From positions 736,001 to 800,000 of the forward strand of contig CAVUWA010000010.1 of assembly GCA_963744995.1 (NCBI GenBank): a stretch of 64,000 bases of DNA, written 5' to 3'. The notes beneath the pieces are model-generated. The model was not told the origin of the DNA. It made no database searches and worked only from the letters and a program-made list of their open reading frames with translations. A program made the position numbers and the translations under genes. Source of the stretch: Candidatus Eiseniibacteriota bacterium (lineage in GTDB: Bacteria > Eisenbacteria > RBG-16-71-46). Of this stretch, positions 27,920 to 38,190 are shown piece by piece; position 1 is the first letter of the stretch; the number at the start of each line of letters is the position of its first letter.

Positions 27920-29682
27920 TGAGCGCACCCCGCGGACGCAGCCGCCGCGCGAGCCACGCCTCGCTCGAGAAGACCGCTTCGAAGCGCACGACGCCGGCCG
28001 CAGTGCCGGGCTCGGACGCCGCACGCCACACCCAGCGCCGCGGCGGCCGCGCGATGGTGGACATCTGGAATCCGCCGCGCCGCGAGCGCGCCGTGCTGGT
28101 GGGCCATGCCGGCGTGGACGGCGCCGATCTCGACCGTTCGCTCGACGAGCTGGCGCTGCTCGCCGACACCGCGGGCGCCGAGGTGCACGGCACGGTGATC
28201 CAGCGCCGCGGTCGCATCAGCCCGAAGTCCTTCATCGGCAAGGGCAAGCTCCAGGAGCTGAAGGAAGCCGCCGGCGGGCGCGACGCCGATCTGGTGATCT
28301 TCAACGACGACCTGTCGCCGCCGCAGATCCGCAATCTCGAGAAGGCCCTCGAGCGCAAGGTCGTGGACCGCTCCGAACTGATCCTCGACATCTTCGCGCG
28401 CCGCGCGCGGACCCGGGAATCGCGGCTGCAGGTCGAGCTCGCACAGCTCCAGTACCAGCTGCCGCGCCTGACCGGCATGTGGAAGCACCTCGAGCGCCAG
28501 GCCGGCGGGATCGGCACGCGCGGCCCCGGCGAGACGCAGCTCGAAGTCGACCGCCGCCGCGTGCGCGAGCGTATCGCCGGCCTGCGCCGCCAGCTCGACG
28601 GCGTCGAGAAGGAACGCGAGACCCAGCGCCGCCGCCGCCGCGGCGAGTTCCGCGCCGCGCTGGTCGGCTACACCAACGCCGGCAAGAGCACGCTGTTCAA
28701 CGCGCTCACCCGCGCCGAGGTGTTCGTCGAGAACCGCCTGTTCGCCACGCTCGACGCCACCACGCGGCAGATGGTGAGCGCCGACCGCACCGTGGCGCTG
28801 CTCACCGACACGGTCGGGTTCATCCGCAAGCTGCCGCACCATCTGGTCGCCTCGTTCCACAGCACGCTCGCCGAGGCGATCGAAGCCGACCTGCTGCTGC
28901 ACGTGGTGGACGTCGCCGATCCGGACTATGCCCGCCAGATCCGCGCGGTCGAGGACGTGCTCGACGGACTGCTCGACACGCCGCGGCCGACGCAGCTGGT
29001 GTTCAACAAGATCGACCTCGTGAAGGATGCGGACGCGCTCGCCGGCGTGCGCGCCCGGCATCCCGGCGCGGCGCTGGTCTCGGCGCTCGACGGCGAAGGT
29101 CTCGACGTGCTGCGCGCGCAGCTCTGGGGCCTCGCCGCCGAGCGGCGCCGCGCCTCGGTGGCGGCCGCGGCGCGACGTCCGGCCGCGACCCGGACCGCCC
29201 GGGAGGCGGACGCCGGCGCGCCGCGGCACACGCTGATGTTCGAAGCGACGCTCCAGGCCGGCGCCGAGCAGGTGTTCCGCGCGCTGACCGAGCCGCATCA
29301 CCTCGAAGCCTGGTTCTGCGACCACGCTCGAACCGGTCGCGGCCCGGAGGAGCCGGTTCGATTCGAGTGGATACGCCCCGGCGCGACGGCGGAGCCGTTC
29401 AGTGGCCGCTGGGTCGAATGGAAGCCGTTCGTCTCGTGCGCCTACGAAGGCGGGCACGCCGGCTACCCCGGCGGCTACGCCGGCCGCGTCGCGTTCAGTC
29501 TCGACCCCGCGGGGCCGCGCGCCACGCTGTTGATCGTCCACCACACCCTGCCCGCGACGCCCGAGTACGCGGAGTGGTTCGAAACCTACCGCGGCGCCTG
29601 GCCGCGCGCGCTCGCCCGGCTCGGCGAATACGTCATGCCGCACGACCGCGCCACCATCGCTTCCGCACGGGAGAGTTCATGA
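27919..29682 (+). CDS. hflX: GTPase HflX fused to a C-terminal SRPBCC/AHSA1-like domain
   Basis: RGPGETQLE, GYTNAGKS, LFATLD, DTVG, NKID; C-terminal VFRALTEPHHLEAWF...WPRALARL. Start may be 28054. Confidence 0.9.
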   Translation: MSAPRGRSRRASHASLEKTASKRTTPAAVPGSDAARHTQRRGGRAMVDIWNPPRRERAVLVGHAGVDGADLDRSLDELALLADTAGAEVHGTVIQRRGRISPKSFIGKGKLQELKEAAGGRDADLVIFNDDLSPPQIRNLEKALERKVVDRSELILDIFARRARTRESRLQVELAQLQYQLPRLTGMWKHLERQAGGIGTRGPGETQLEVDRRRVRERIAGLRRQLDGVEKERETQRRRRRGEFRAALVGYTNAGKSTLFNALTRAEVFVENRLFATLDATTRQMVSADRTVALLTDTVGFIRKLPHHLVASFHSTLAEAIEADLLLHVVDVADPDYARQIRAVEDVLDGLLDTPRPTQLVFNKIDLVKDADALAGVRARHPGAALVSALDGEGLDVLRAQLWGLAAERRRASVAAAARRPAATRTAREADAGAPRHTLMFEATLQAGAEQVFRALTEPHHLEAWFCDHARTGRGPEEPVRFEWIRPGATAEPFSGRWVEWKPFVSCAYEGGHAGYPGGYAGRVAFSLDPAGPRATLLIVHHTLPATPEYAEWFETYRGAWPRALARLGEYVMPHDRATIASARESS

Positions 29683-30521
29683 AGACCGCGACCCGCACGC
29701 TGCGCTTCGGCCACAGCCCCGACGCCGACGACGCCTACATGTTCTACGGCTTCCACGAGGGGCTCGCCGCGATCCCCGGCCACGAGGTCGAGCACGTGCT
29801 GCAGGACATCCAGAGCCTCAACCGCCGCGCGCTCGAGAAGGCGGACCTCGAGATCACCGCGGTCTCCGCGCACGCATACGCGTTCCTCGCCGACCGCTAC
29901 GCCGTGCTCGCCTGCGGCGCGTCCATGGGCATGGGCTACGGTCCGGTCGTGGTGGCGAAGGCGCCGGTCGAGCTGCAGGCGCTCGCGGGGAAGCGCGTGG
30001 CGGTCCCCGGGGCGATGACCACGGCCGCGCTGCTGCTCAGGATGGAGTGCCCGGACTGCGTTCCGGTCGAGGTGATGTTCGACGAGATCCCGGCCGCCGT
30101 CGCGAAAGGCGAATACGACGCGGGGGTGATCATCCACGAGAGCCAGCTCACCTACCGCGACGAGGGCCTGGTGAAGGTGCTGGACTTCGGCGAGCTGTGG
30201 CTCGAGCGCGACGGTCTGCCCGTGCCGCTTGGCCTCGACGTCGTGCGCCGCGACCTCGGCGAAGACGTGATGCGCGCGGTGAGCAAGGGCTTCCGCGCCA
30301 GCATCGAAGCCGCCCACGGCAACGAAGACGCCGCGATCCGCTACGCGCTCCAGTTCGGCCGCGGCCTCGACGTCCTCCAGGGCTCGAAGTTCGTCCACAT
30401 GTACGTGAACCCCCTCACCCTCGACATGGGCGATACCGGCCGCAAGGCGCTGCAGACGCTGTACCGGAGAGCCGAACAGGCCGGCGCCATCGAGAAGGCC
30501 CCTGCAATAGAGGTCTTCTAG
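29679..30521 (+). CDS. mqnD: 1,4-dihydroxy-6-naphthoate synthase (MqnA/MqnD/SBP family)
   Basis: GHSPDADDAYMFY, GASMGMGYGP, IIHE, PVPLG, MYVN. Confidence 0.9.
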   Translation: MKTATRTLRFGHSPDADDAYMFYGFHEGLAAIPGHEVEHVLQDIQSLNRRALEKADLEITAVSAHAYAFLADRYAVLACGASMGMGYGPVVVAKAPVELQALAGKRVAVPGAMTTAALLLRMECPDCVPVEVMFDEIPAAVAKGEYDAGVIIHESQLTYRDEGLVKVLDFGELWLERDGLPVPLGLDVVRRDLGEDVMRAVSKGFRASIEAAHGNEDAAIRYALQFGRGLDVLQGSKFVHMYVNPLTLDMGDTGRKALQTLYRRAEQAGAIEKAPAIEVF

Positions 30522-30643
30522 CTCCGCGCCTCACCCAGCCCCGGCCTCTCCCCCGCGGCGGTGCAGGACGTGCGTGCGCCACCGATCTCTTCCGCCATTG
30601 CACCGGAATTCGCGGGGTCACGCGTCGCGTCCGCCGCCGCGCG

Positions 30644-31273
30644 TCACAGCCGCGCGGCGAGCCACTCGCGCGCGGCTTCGACGTCGCTCATCGTGAGTCC
30701 GTGCCCGCCGGACGCGACGTGCAGCGTGACCTCGGCGCCCGCCGCGCGCAGCAGGTCGGTGAGCCGCTCCGGGTGCCCCGCCGGCACGACCGGGTCGTCG
30801 CCGCCCGCGCCGATCCAGACCGCGCGTCCCGAGAGATCCGGCGTCTCCATCGAGCGGAACGGCAGCATTGCCCTGAGCAGCACCGCGCCCTGCAGCAGAT
30901 CCGGCCGCACCAGCATCATCGCGGATGCGATGTTCGCGCCGTTCGAGAACCCGACCGCGTAGAGCGGCCGCCCCGTGAAGCCGTAGTGCGCCGCCGCCGC
31001 GCGCACGAAGTCCGCGAGCTCGCGGGCGCGGGCGGACAGGTCGTCCTCGTCGAGCACGCCCTCGGCGATCCGCCGGAACCAGCGCGGCATGCCGTTCTCA
31101 CGCACCTTGCCGCGCGGGCTCAGCCAGGCCGCGCCGGGCGCGATCATCCCCGCCAGCTGCACGAGGTCGTTCTCGTCGCCGCCGGTGCCGTGCAGGAGCA
31201 GCAGCACCGCCTGCGGCCCACCCGCGGCAGCGGGCTGGAATCGGTGCACGAAGCGGTCGATACCCTCAGCCAT
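30644..31273 (-). CDS. Alpha/beta hydrolase (phospholipase/carboxylesterase, MhqD-like)
   Basis: LLHGTGGDE, GFSNGANIA, DP, GH catalytic-triad motifs. Confidence 0.9.
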   Translation of the reverse strand: MAEGIDRFVHRFQPAAAGGPQAVLLLLHGTGGDENDLVQLAGMIAPGAAWLSPRGKVRENGMPRWFRRIAEGVLDEDDLSARARELADFVRAAAAHYGFTGRPLYAVGFSNGANIASAMMLVRPDLLQGAVLLRAMLPFRSMETPDLSGRAVWIGAGGDDPVVPAGHPERLTDLLRAAGAEVTLHVASGGHGLTMSDVEAAREWLAARL

Positions 31274-31372
31274 GGACACCATCTTTGCAGAGAGCCGCCG
31301 CGCGCGCGAGGGTGCCACGTCCCGGGGCCATGGCGCTGGTGCACGTGCCGCCGGCCAAGCTAGGCTCCGCGC

Positions 31373-33112
31373 GTGATCCACCTCCAGCGGTCCCTCGCGC
31401 GCGTTCTGCTCGTCCTCGTCCTGGTGCTCACCGCGAACGCGCTGTGGACGAACCACATCACCGCCTGGAATCCGGGCATGCGCAACCCCGTGCTCGGCTA
31501 CGACGCCGCGCAGTACGCGCTTGCCGCGCGGCACCTCGCCGAGACCGGGGAGATGGCGACCCCGTACGCCATGCCCATCGAGCTCGCGAAGCACGCGAGC
31601 CCGCCGTGGCCGCTCGCCGTGCTGCAGCCCGGGCTGGTGATCGCCGAGGCGTGGATCTTCAAGATCACGCCCAAGATCGTGCATCTGCCCGGCGTTCCGG
31701 CGATGCTGTTCAACGATCCCACGCACCGCGAGCAGCTCGTGCTGATCATCCCGTTCATCTGCTTCCTGGCGATCGGCGCTGCGTTCGGCATGGGCACCTC
31801 GCGGCTGATCCTCAAGCGCCGCCCCGAATCCTCCATCTGGCTCACCAGCCTCGCCGGCTTCGCGGTCGCGCTGCCGTTCCTGCTCGACCCCGAGGCGCAG
31901 CACTTCGCCTCGGGCGGCTTCAACGAACTGCCGTTCACGCTCGGCCTCGCGGGCGCCGTCGCCGCCATCGCGCTCGGCCGCGCCGCGCGCTATCCGCTCA
32001 CGTTCGGCCTGCTGCTCGGGGTCACCGGGCTGTTCCGCGGCAACATGCTGTGGATCGCACCGTGGCTTGCAGGCGGCGCGGCGATCGCCGCCGGGCCCGG
32101 CCGGCGGGTGCGCGTGTTCGTCGAGTCCATGGCCGGCTGGGCGATCCCGCTCCTCCCGTGGTGGTGGTACAAGTGGCGCGCCTTCGGCTCGCCGGCGTGG
32201 GACCTGTCGTCGCTGTCGCTGTGGGACGGCGTCGGCGGGCGCTCGTGGTTCTCGCTCAACCACCTGCCCGCCTGGCCCGACGTGCCCGGCGGCGCCGCGG
32301 CCGCGATGGCGATCGCGCACAAGATCGCCGCCAACGCGCCGCGCGTGCTGCTCGCCGTGCTCACCGGGCCGCGCGCGCTGTGGGTCGGGGCGCTGGCCCT
32401 GTGGCTGGTGGTGACGAAGAAGCGCGACGGAGCCTGGGCAGCGGGTTTCGCGATCTTCGCTGCCGCGGTCACCAATCTCGTCATCGCCGCCGCGACCATT
32501 CCGTGGCTGCGCTACATGTTCCCGGTGCGCGTGCTGCTCGAAGCCGCCGGGCTGCTGGCGATGTGGGATCTCGCCGGCCGGCTCGCCGCCGCGTCCAGCG
32601 GGCGCTCGATCGTGCGCCTCACCCGGATCGGCGTCGCCGCAATCGCCATCGCCTACGGCGTCCTGCAGACCCAGCGTGGCGTGCAGGAGGCCGCGACGTC
32701 TTCCACCGAGCGCGGCACGCCGCAGTCGTACACGCTGAACGAACTCGCCGACCTGGTGGACGCCGAAGTGCCCGCGAACGAGCCGGTGATGAGCAACCTC
32801 GGCCCGATCCTCGCGTGGCGGGCGCGGCGGCCCGTGATCCACCTCGCCCTGTCGCCCGCCGACGTCGCCGCGTGCCGCGAGCGCGTCGACTTCCGCCACG
32901 TGATCCTGGTCTTCCGCGAACCCGAACGCGCCTGGGGCGGCTGGGACCAGGTCCTCACCCGTCCCGAGGCCGCGCCGCAGAACCCCGACTGGAACGTGCG
33001 CTACGTGCGCAAGTTCACCAGCACCGATGGCTTCCAGGTGGTGTGGCTGGAGCTCGGACCCATGAAGCCGGGACTGGCGGCACGGCCGCCTGCGGATCTG
33101 CGCGCATTCTGA
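31373..33112 (+). CDS. Polytopic membrane protein, probable GT-C fold glycosyltransferase
   Basis: YDAAQY after the first TM, many TM helices, late RYMFP motif, soluble C-terminal domain. Confidence 0.65.
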   Translation: MIHLQRSLARVLLVLVLVLTANALWTNHITAWNPGMRNPVLGYDAAQYALAARHLAETGEMATPYAMPIELAKHASPPWPLAVLQPGLVIAEAWIFKITPKIVHLPGVPAMLFNDPTHREQLVLIIPFICFLAIGAAFGMGTSRLILKRRPESSIWLTSLAGFAVALPFLLDPEAQHFASGGFNELPFTLGLAGAVAAIALGRAARYPLTFGLLLGVTGLFRGNMLWIAPWLAGGAAIAAGPGRRVRVFVESMAGWAIPLLPWWWYKWRAFGSPAWDLSSLSLWDGVGGRSWFSLNHLPAWPDVPGGAAAAMAIAHKIAANAPRVLLAVLTGPRALWVGALALWLVVTKKRDGAWAAGFAIFAAAVTNLVIAAATIPWLRYMFPVRVLLEAAGLLAMWDLAGRLAAASSGRSIVRLTRIGVAAIAIAYGVLQTQRGVQEAATSSTERGTPQSYTLNELADLVDAEVPANEPVMSNLGPILAWRARRPVIHLALSPADVAACRERVDFRHVILVFREPERAWGGWDQVLTRPEAAPQNPDWNVRYVRKFTSTDGFQVVWLELGPMKPGLAARPPADLRAF

Positions 33113-33208
33113 AGCGGACCCATGCGGCGCCCGGCACGGGCGCGAGACGGGCGCGGCCCGCTTCGACCCGCGCCCGTGCGCTCGATCCGGCCGGGGTCTT
33201 CCCGCCCC

Positions 33209-36200
33209 TCAGCGCAGCAGCACGAATCTGCGCGTGAGCACCCTGCCACCGGTCTCGACGCGCGCCAGGTAGAGTCCCGGCGCCGCTCGGCCACCGCGGG
33301 TCGAGCCGGGCCAGGCGAGCGTGCGGCGCCCGGCCTCCATGTGCGTCGCGCGCGAACTCCAGACCTCGCGGCCCATGACATCGATCACCGAGAAGCGCAC
33401 CTCGGCGTCCGCGGGCAGGGCGAGGGTCATCGACACGCCGTCGCGCGCCGGGTTCGGCCACGGCATGCCCAGATCGAGCCGCGCCACCTCCCCGGCCTCG
33501 ATGCCAGTCGTGCCCGACCCCTGGGCGACCTCGATCGTGGCCGTGAAGGCGTTGTTGACCTCGCTGGTCTCGACCACGGCGCCGAGCGTGTCGGCGGTGA
33601 TGCGCAGGACGTGCATCCCGGCCGTGAGCGAGGGCAGCAACGTGCGCGTGACGGTCACGCTGTCGCGAATGCCCACCAGCGTGTCGCCCTCGGCGAGCAG
33701 CTGCCCGCCGTCGGCGGCGAGCGTCCAGTGGAAGATCGGCGCCGGCATGCCGCCGCTGTTGTAGAGCTTGAACCGCACGCTCGAGGTGTCGTCGGTGCCG
33801 AGCTGCAACCGGCTGAACTCGAGGCTCCCTGGCGAGAGGTCGATTTCCGGATAGATCGAGACCCGTGCCGTGTCGGACTTGCCGCCGGTGTCGGTCGCGC
33901 TGAAGCGAATCTCGAACCAGACGCCGGTGCCGTCGTCGTGGTTCTCGGCGACGAAGCTGCCGGTGGAGTCGAACACCACGTGCGTGCTCGGGTGCACGTG
34001 GGTGTTGTGGTGGAGGTCCACGTCGAAGCGGTACGACAGCAGCGACGGGCCGTCCTCGGCGTCCACCGCCGTACCGTGCAGGCTCACGGTGTCGCCCGCG
34101 ACGAAGAACGCCGAGTCGGGAGGCGTCAGGATCGAAACGACCGGCGGAGAATTCGAGTCGAAGACGGCGTCGCCGCCGCCGAAGTCGTCCAGGTGCGAGG
34201 CCTGCGCGCCGACCAGCGTGAGCCCGAGATAGCCGCCCTGGTCGTAGTACTGCCAGAAGGACACGTCGGTGGCGCCCACCAGCTCGGTGTTGCGGTAGAC
34301 CTGCACGGTGCCGTTTTCGTAGGCGCGCGCCCCGAGCGTGTCACCGGCCGTGAGCTGCAGCGGGGTCGAGTAGGTGCCCTGCCAGCCGACCGCCGGATCG
34401 TAGGTGCCGATCGCGACGTAGTGCTGCGAATCATCGTAGCGCACTTCGATGTGCGCGGGATCGCCGGACAGGTTCTGGATCTTGAGGTTGAGGTCGTGCT
34501 CCGTTGCGCCGATCGCCAGCGGGTCGATCGTGACGTACGCCTCCTGGCTCGGTCCGAACGCCTGGCCGGTCCACGTCACCGACAGGCCGTTGGAGGTCGG
34601 CACGCACTCGTCGTTGACGATCGAGAGCCGGCTGGTGTCCCCGATCCAGGCCCCGCCGAGCGGGCCATCCGGCCGGTTGAAGTCGTCGAGGATCCCCGTG
34701 GTCGGGAACACGGTGGACTCGGCGACCACCACCAGCATGGTGTCGAGCCCCATCGCCCCCGCACCGTCGCGCACGGTGAGGATCGCCTGCCAGATCCCGG
34801 GCAGCGTGTAGGTGTGCAGCGGGTTCGCGACCGTCGCGCCGGTGCCGTCGCCGAAGGTCCACTGGTAGGTGACGCCGCCGCCGTCCGGGTCGTACGAGGT
34901 GTCGCCGGTGAACTGGACCTGGAGCGGGCGCGGCCCGGCGTCGGGCAGCGCGCTGCCGACTGCAACCGGCGGCGTGTTGCCGTTGGCGGCGCCGGTGTAG
35001 CGCAACCGCAGGATGCGCTGCGTGACGATCGAGACGTAGAGGATGTCGCCGTTCGAGGGATCGGTGGTGATCATCACCGGCCCCGCGAGGTTGTTGCCGA
35101 AGTCGCTCGAGGTCACGTACTGGTCCGCGCCGTCGGTTTCGAGCACACGCATCCAGCTCTGGCCGAAGTCGCCGTAGAAGAACAGCCCCTGGTACTGCGC
35201 CGGGTAGAGCGAGCCCTCGTAGAACGCGCCGCCGATCGAGGTGTTGCCGACTACGCCCGTTGGGAAGCTCAGCGAGCCGTACTGGTGGTGCCACCAGAGC
35301 AGCGGCGTGCTCACCGGGGCCGGCTGGTCCGGGGCGCTGCCGATGTCCGCACAGCTCGTATGCGCGGGCGTCAGGTTCTGATAGGAGCTCTGCGGACCCG
35401 GGCCCTCGTAGCACGGCCAGCCGAAGTTCATGCCCGGCGTGGTGACGATGTTCAGCTCCTCGGTCTCGTTCCAGCCGACGTCGCCCGCGTAGATGATGCC
35501 CGGATCACCGGCCGACGTGTCGGCGACGCCGGTGCCGGGGCGGACGCGGAAGCGGAACGGATTGCGCAGGCCGTAGGCGAACACCTTGGACTCGGGCGAG
35601 GTCAGATCGTCGTTCGCGTACGGGTTGCTGGCGTAGCCGTGGCCGGTCGCGGGGTTGATGCGCAGGATCGAGCCGCAGAGACTCCTGATCGTCTGCGCGC
35701 GAAACGCGCCGATGTCCTCGTACGGATCGGTCTTCGTCGGTCCGAACGCGTTGGGATCCTGCCCGCCGTCGTCGGCCGAGTTGAACTGCGCACCGTCGCC
35801 CATCGAAACGAGCAGGCTGCCGTCGCTGCCCCATTCCATGTTGCCGATCGTATGCGATCCGGAGGCGCTCAGCGGGCCGTGGCGCCAGTCTACGCCGAGC
35901 AGGATCGTGCGCGAGGCGGGATCCACTTGAAGCGGCTCGCCCGGCAGCACCGTGTAGCGCGTGAGCCGCCCGAAGGCGTCGTCGTTGTCGTCGACGCCGT
36001 TGCTGTCCGGATCAACCGTGTAGAGGAAGTAGACGTAGCGGTTGCTGGCGAAGTCGGGATCGACCTGCACGCTCAGCAGCCCGCGGTCGTCCACGTTGAG
36101 AACCTCGTCCTCCGCGCTCCAGAGCGGCGTCGGATTGCGAACGCCGTTGTCGACGACCCAGACCCGGCCGCGTTTCTCGACGACCAGCATGCGCCCGTCG

Positions 36201-36382
36201 GGCAGGAATCGCACCGCGACCGGCAGGTCCCAGGAGACGTCGGGGACGACGTCGTCGAGTACGAAGCCTGCGGGAACGCCGGCGCGGGCCGGGCCCGGCA
36301 GCGCGAAGATAGCGGCGAAGAAGAGGGCACACATGGCGCCGCGGCGCGCCGAAGCGATAGCTGAACGTCGCAAAGAGGTCAT
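33209..36382 (-). CDS. Secreted GSDH (PQQ-dependent sugar dehydrogenase-like) propeller + PKD + Ig/CARDB-like + FlgD/T9SS-like CTD
   Basis: DRGLLSVQVDPDF, AYGLRNPFR, GDVGWN..EELN, NFGWPCYEG; PKD YQWTFGDG; VVETSEVNN; terminal PWPNP...GLYLARV. Confidence 0.88.
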   Translation of the reverse strand: MTSLRRSAIASARRGAMCALFFAAIFALPGPARAGVPAGFVLDDVVPDVSWDLPVAVRFLPDGRMLVVEKRGRVWVVDNGVRNPTPLWSAEDEVLNVDDRGLLSVQVDPDFASNRYVYFLYTVDPDSNGVDDNDDAFGRLTRYTVLPGEPLQVDPASRTILLGVDWRHGPLSASGSHTIGNMEWGSDGSLLVSMGDGAQFNSADDGGQDPNAFGPTKTDPYEDIGAFRAQTIRSLCGSILRINPATGHGYASNPYANDDLTSPESKVFAYGLRNPFRFRVRPGTGVADTSAGDPGIIYAGDVGWNETEELNIVTTPGMNFGWPCYEGPGPQSSYQNLTPAHTSCADIGSAPDQPAPVSTPLLWWHHQYGSLSFPTGVVGNTSIGGAFYEGSLYPAQYQGLFFYGDFGQSWMRVLETDGADQYVTSSDFGNNLAGPVMITTDPSNGDILYVSIVTQRILRLRYTGAANGNTPPVAVGSALPDAGPRPLQVQFTGDTSYDPDGGGVTYQWTFGDGTGATVANPLHTYTLPGIWQAILTVRDGAGAMGLDTMLVVVAESTVFPTTGILDDFNRPDGPLGGAWIGDTSRLSIVNDECVPTSNGLSVTWTGQAFGPSQEAYVTIDPLAIGATEHDLNLKIQNLSGDPAHIEVRYDDSQHYVAIGTYDPAVGWQGTYSTPLQLTAGDTLGARAYENGTVQVYRNTELVGATDVSFWQYYDQGGYLGLTLVGAQASHLDDFGGGDAVFDSNSPPVVSILTPPDSAFFVAGDTVSLHGTAVDAEDGPSLLSYRFDVDLHHNTHVHPSTHVVFDSTGSFVAENHDDGTGVWFEIRFSATDTGGKSDTARVSIYPEIDLSPGSLEFSRLQLGTDDTSSVRFKLYNSGGMPAPIFHWTLAADGGQLLAEGDTLVGIRDSVTVTRTLLPSLTAGMHVLRITADTLGAVVETSEVNNAFTATIEVAQGSGTTGIEAGEVARLDLGMPWPNPARDGVSMTLALPADAEVRFSVIDVMGREVWSSRATHMEAGRRTLAWPGSTRGGRAAPGLYLARVETGGRVLTRRFVLLR

Positions 36383-36713
36383 GTTGTTCCGAATCCGTGC
36401 GGAGCGAGACTCGCCGGGAAGCGGTCATTCACCCGGCCGACACCGGGCGCGCGGACGCGTCTCTGAGAAGGTAATCGTCTCCGAAATCGCATGTTGCGTG
36501 CCATTGGAACAGCCGCGAACGAAACCGCCCGAACGCCAACGGATTCGCGCCCGCAGCGTGCCGGGGGCGTTGGTGGCCGCGGCGCGGCGGCGCGAAAGAA
36601 CGTCAAGCGGCCCGACAGTCGAGGCGGCGCCGGGGCATATCACGCAGGCGGCGCCTCGCGCGCGGGGCGCCCGTCCGCAAGCGCGGCGGCCGGGCCGCGA
36701 GGCCCGGCGCGGG

Positions 36714-37910
36714 CTAGCGTGAGCCCTGGACTTCGCCCTCGAGCACGTCCGGATACTGCGCGGGCAGCTCGGTCATGCTCTCGACGAAGATCGGCACGCC
36801 GTCATCGGGACTCGCCGCCGCTTCGGGGCCCGGGGCGACGCGCAGGATTTCGTACAGCGTCGTGCGCTGCGCGGGCGTGAAGCCGGCTTCCCGGATGATC
36901 GTCTCGATCTCGGCGACCGTGGTCCTGTTCACGTGGCCCGTGGCGAGGTGGACGTTTTCCTCGAACAGGGTGCCGCCGAAGTCGTCGGCGCCGAACTGCA
37001 GCGCGATCTGGCCGGTCTTCTTGCCCTCGCTGAACCACGACGCCTGGACGTGCGGGAAGTTGTCGAGGTAGAGCCGCGATGCCGCGAGGATCCGCAGGTA
37101 GCGCGACGCCGTGGAGACGTGTCTGATCTTCTTCTCCATCGGCGTGTTGCCGCGCTTGTAGGACCACGGCACGAACGCGGTGAAACCCGGGGCCTCGTCC
37201 TCGAGCGCGCGGATGTATTCCAGGTGCTCCACGATCTCTTCGTTCGTCTCGACATGGCCGTACATCATCGTCGCGGTCGAGCGGATGCCGACGCGGTGCG
37301 CTTCGCGATGCACGTCGAGCCACGTTTCGGGTCCGCCCTTCTTGACCGAGATGCGCTTGCGCACGCGCTTCGCGAGAATTTCGGCGCCGCCGCCCGGCAG
37401 CGTACGCTGCCCCGCCTCGTGGAGCGCCTCGAGCACGCCGCGGATCGAGAGCCCCGCCACCTCGACCATCTGGTGGATCTCGGGCGCCGAGAAGAAGTGC
37501 GGCGTGATCTCCGGGTAACGCTGGCGCGCCTCGCGCACGATCGCCGGATAGAACTCCCACGGGATCTCCGGGTTCAGCCCGCCCTGCAGCAGGACGGTGG
37601 TCGCGCCCACCTGACGGGCCCGCTCCATCATCTGCATCACGCCTTCGACGTCGTACGTGTACGCGTCGGGGCCCGTGTGCCCCGGCTTGCGGTAGAAGGC
37701 GCAGAAGTGGCAGTCCACCGTGCAGACGTTGGTGTAGTTCGGATTGGTGTCGATGACGTAGGTGACGACCTTCGGGTCGGTGAGGCGGTTGCGCACCTCC
37801 TGCGCGAGCGCGCCCATCTCGAGCAGCGGCGCGTCGGAGAGCAGGTAGACGCCCTCCCTGGGGCTCAGGCGCTTGCCGTCGAGAACCTTCTTTTCAATGG
37901 TGGACCACAC
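36714..37910 (-). CDS. mqnC: Cyclic dehypoxanthinyl futalosine synthase (radical SAM)
   Basis: NYTNVCTVDCHFCAFY, LLQGG, LPGGGAEIL, GADDFGGTLFEENV; GGAGG SD before GTG 37910. Confidence 0.9.
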   Translation of the reverse strand: MWSTIEKKVLDGKRLSPREGVYLLSDAPLLEMGALAQEVRNRLTDPKVVTYVIDTNPNYTNVCTVDCHFCAFYRKPGHTGPDAYTYDVEGVMQMMERARQVGATTVLLQGGLNPEIPWEFYPAIVREARQRYPEITPHFFSAPEIHQMVEVAGLSIRGVLEALHEAGQRTLPGGGAEILAKRVRKRISVKKGGPETWLDVHREAHRVGIRSTATMMYGHVETNEEIVEHLEYIRALEDEAPGFTAFVPWSYKRGNTPMEKKIRHVSTASRYLRILAASRLYLDNFPHVQASWFSEGKKTGQIALQFGADDFGGTLFEENVHLATGHVNRTTVAEIETIIREAGFTPAQRTTLYEILRVAPGPEAAASPDDGVPIFVESMTELPAQYPDVLEGEVQGSR

Positions 37911-38190
37911 GGGCAGACCTCCCGGATGCGGGCGGCGCGACGCGGCCGCCTCTGCGAGGCGGCAACCATACACGGCAGTTGCGCGGGGGTCGAGGCCGGG
38001 GGGGGCAGCAGCGCCGCGCGGCGGCCCGGGTCGGGCGACCTCCACGCCCGGCGGGGCGCAGGCACCCTTTCCGCCACCGAGACCGATCGCAGGCGGGGGG
38101 GGGTCAACCTGCTGGATGGCGGCGCACCCCGATGCGGTATCATTCCCACCGGCGCCCCCTTCGCTGCGACTCCTGTTCACGGAGGAAGTG

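Noticed and set aside
33134..33179. 11-bp inverted repeat between convergent genes
   Set aside because: Possible terminator but with a large loop and no U-tract; insufficient support.
38095..38103. G9 tract next to a minus-strand TTGACC upstream of mqnC
   Set aside because: Short for a GC-rich genome and no convincing -10 at the proper spacing.
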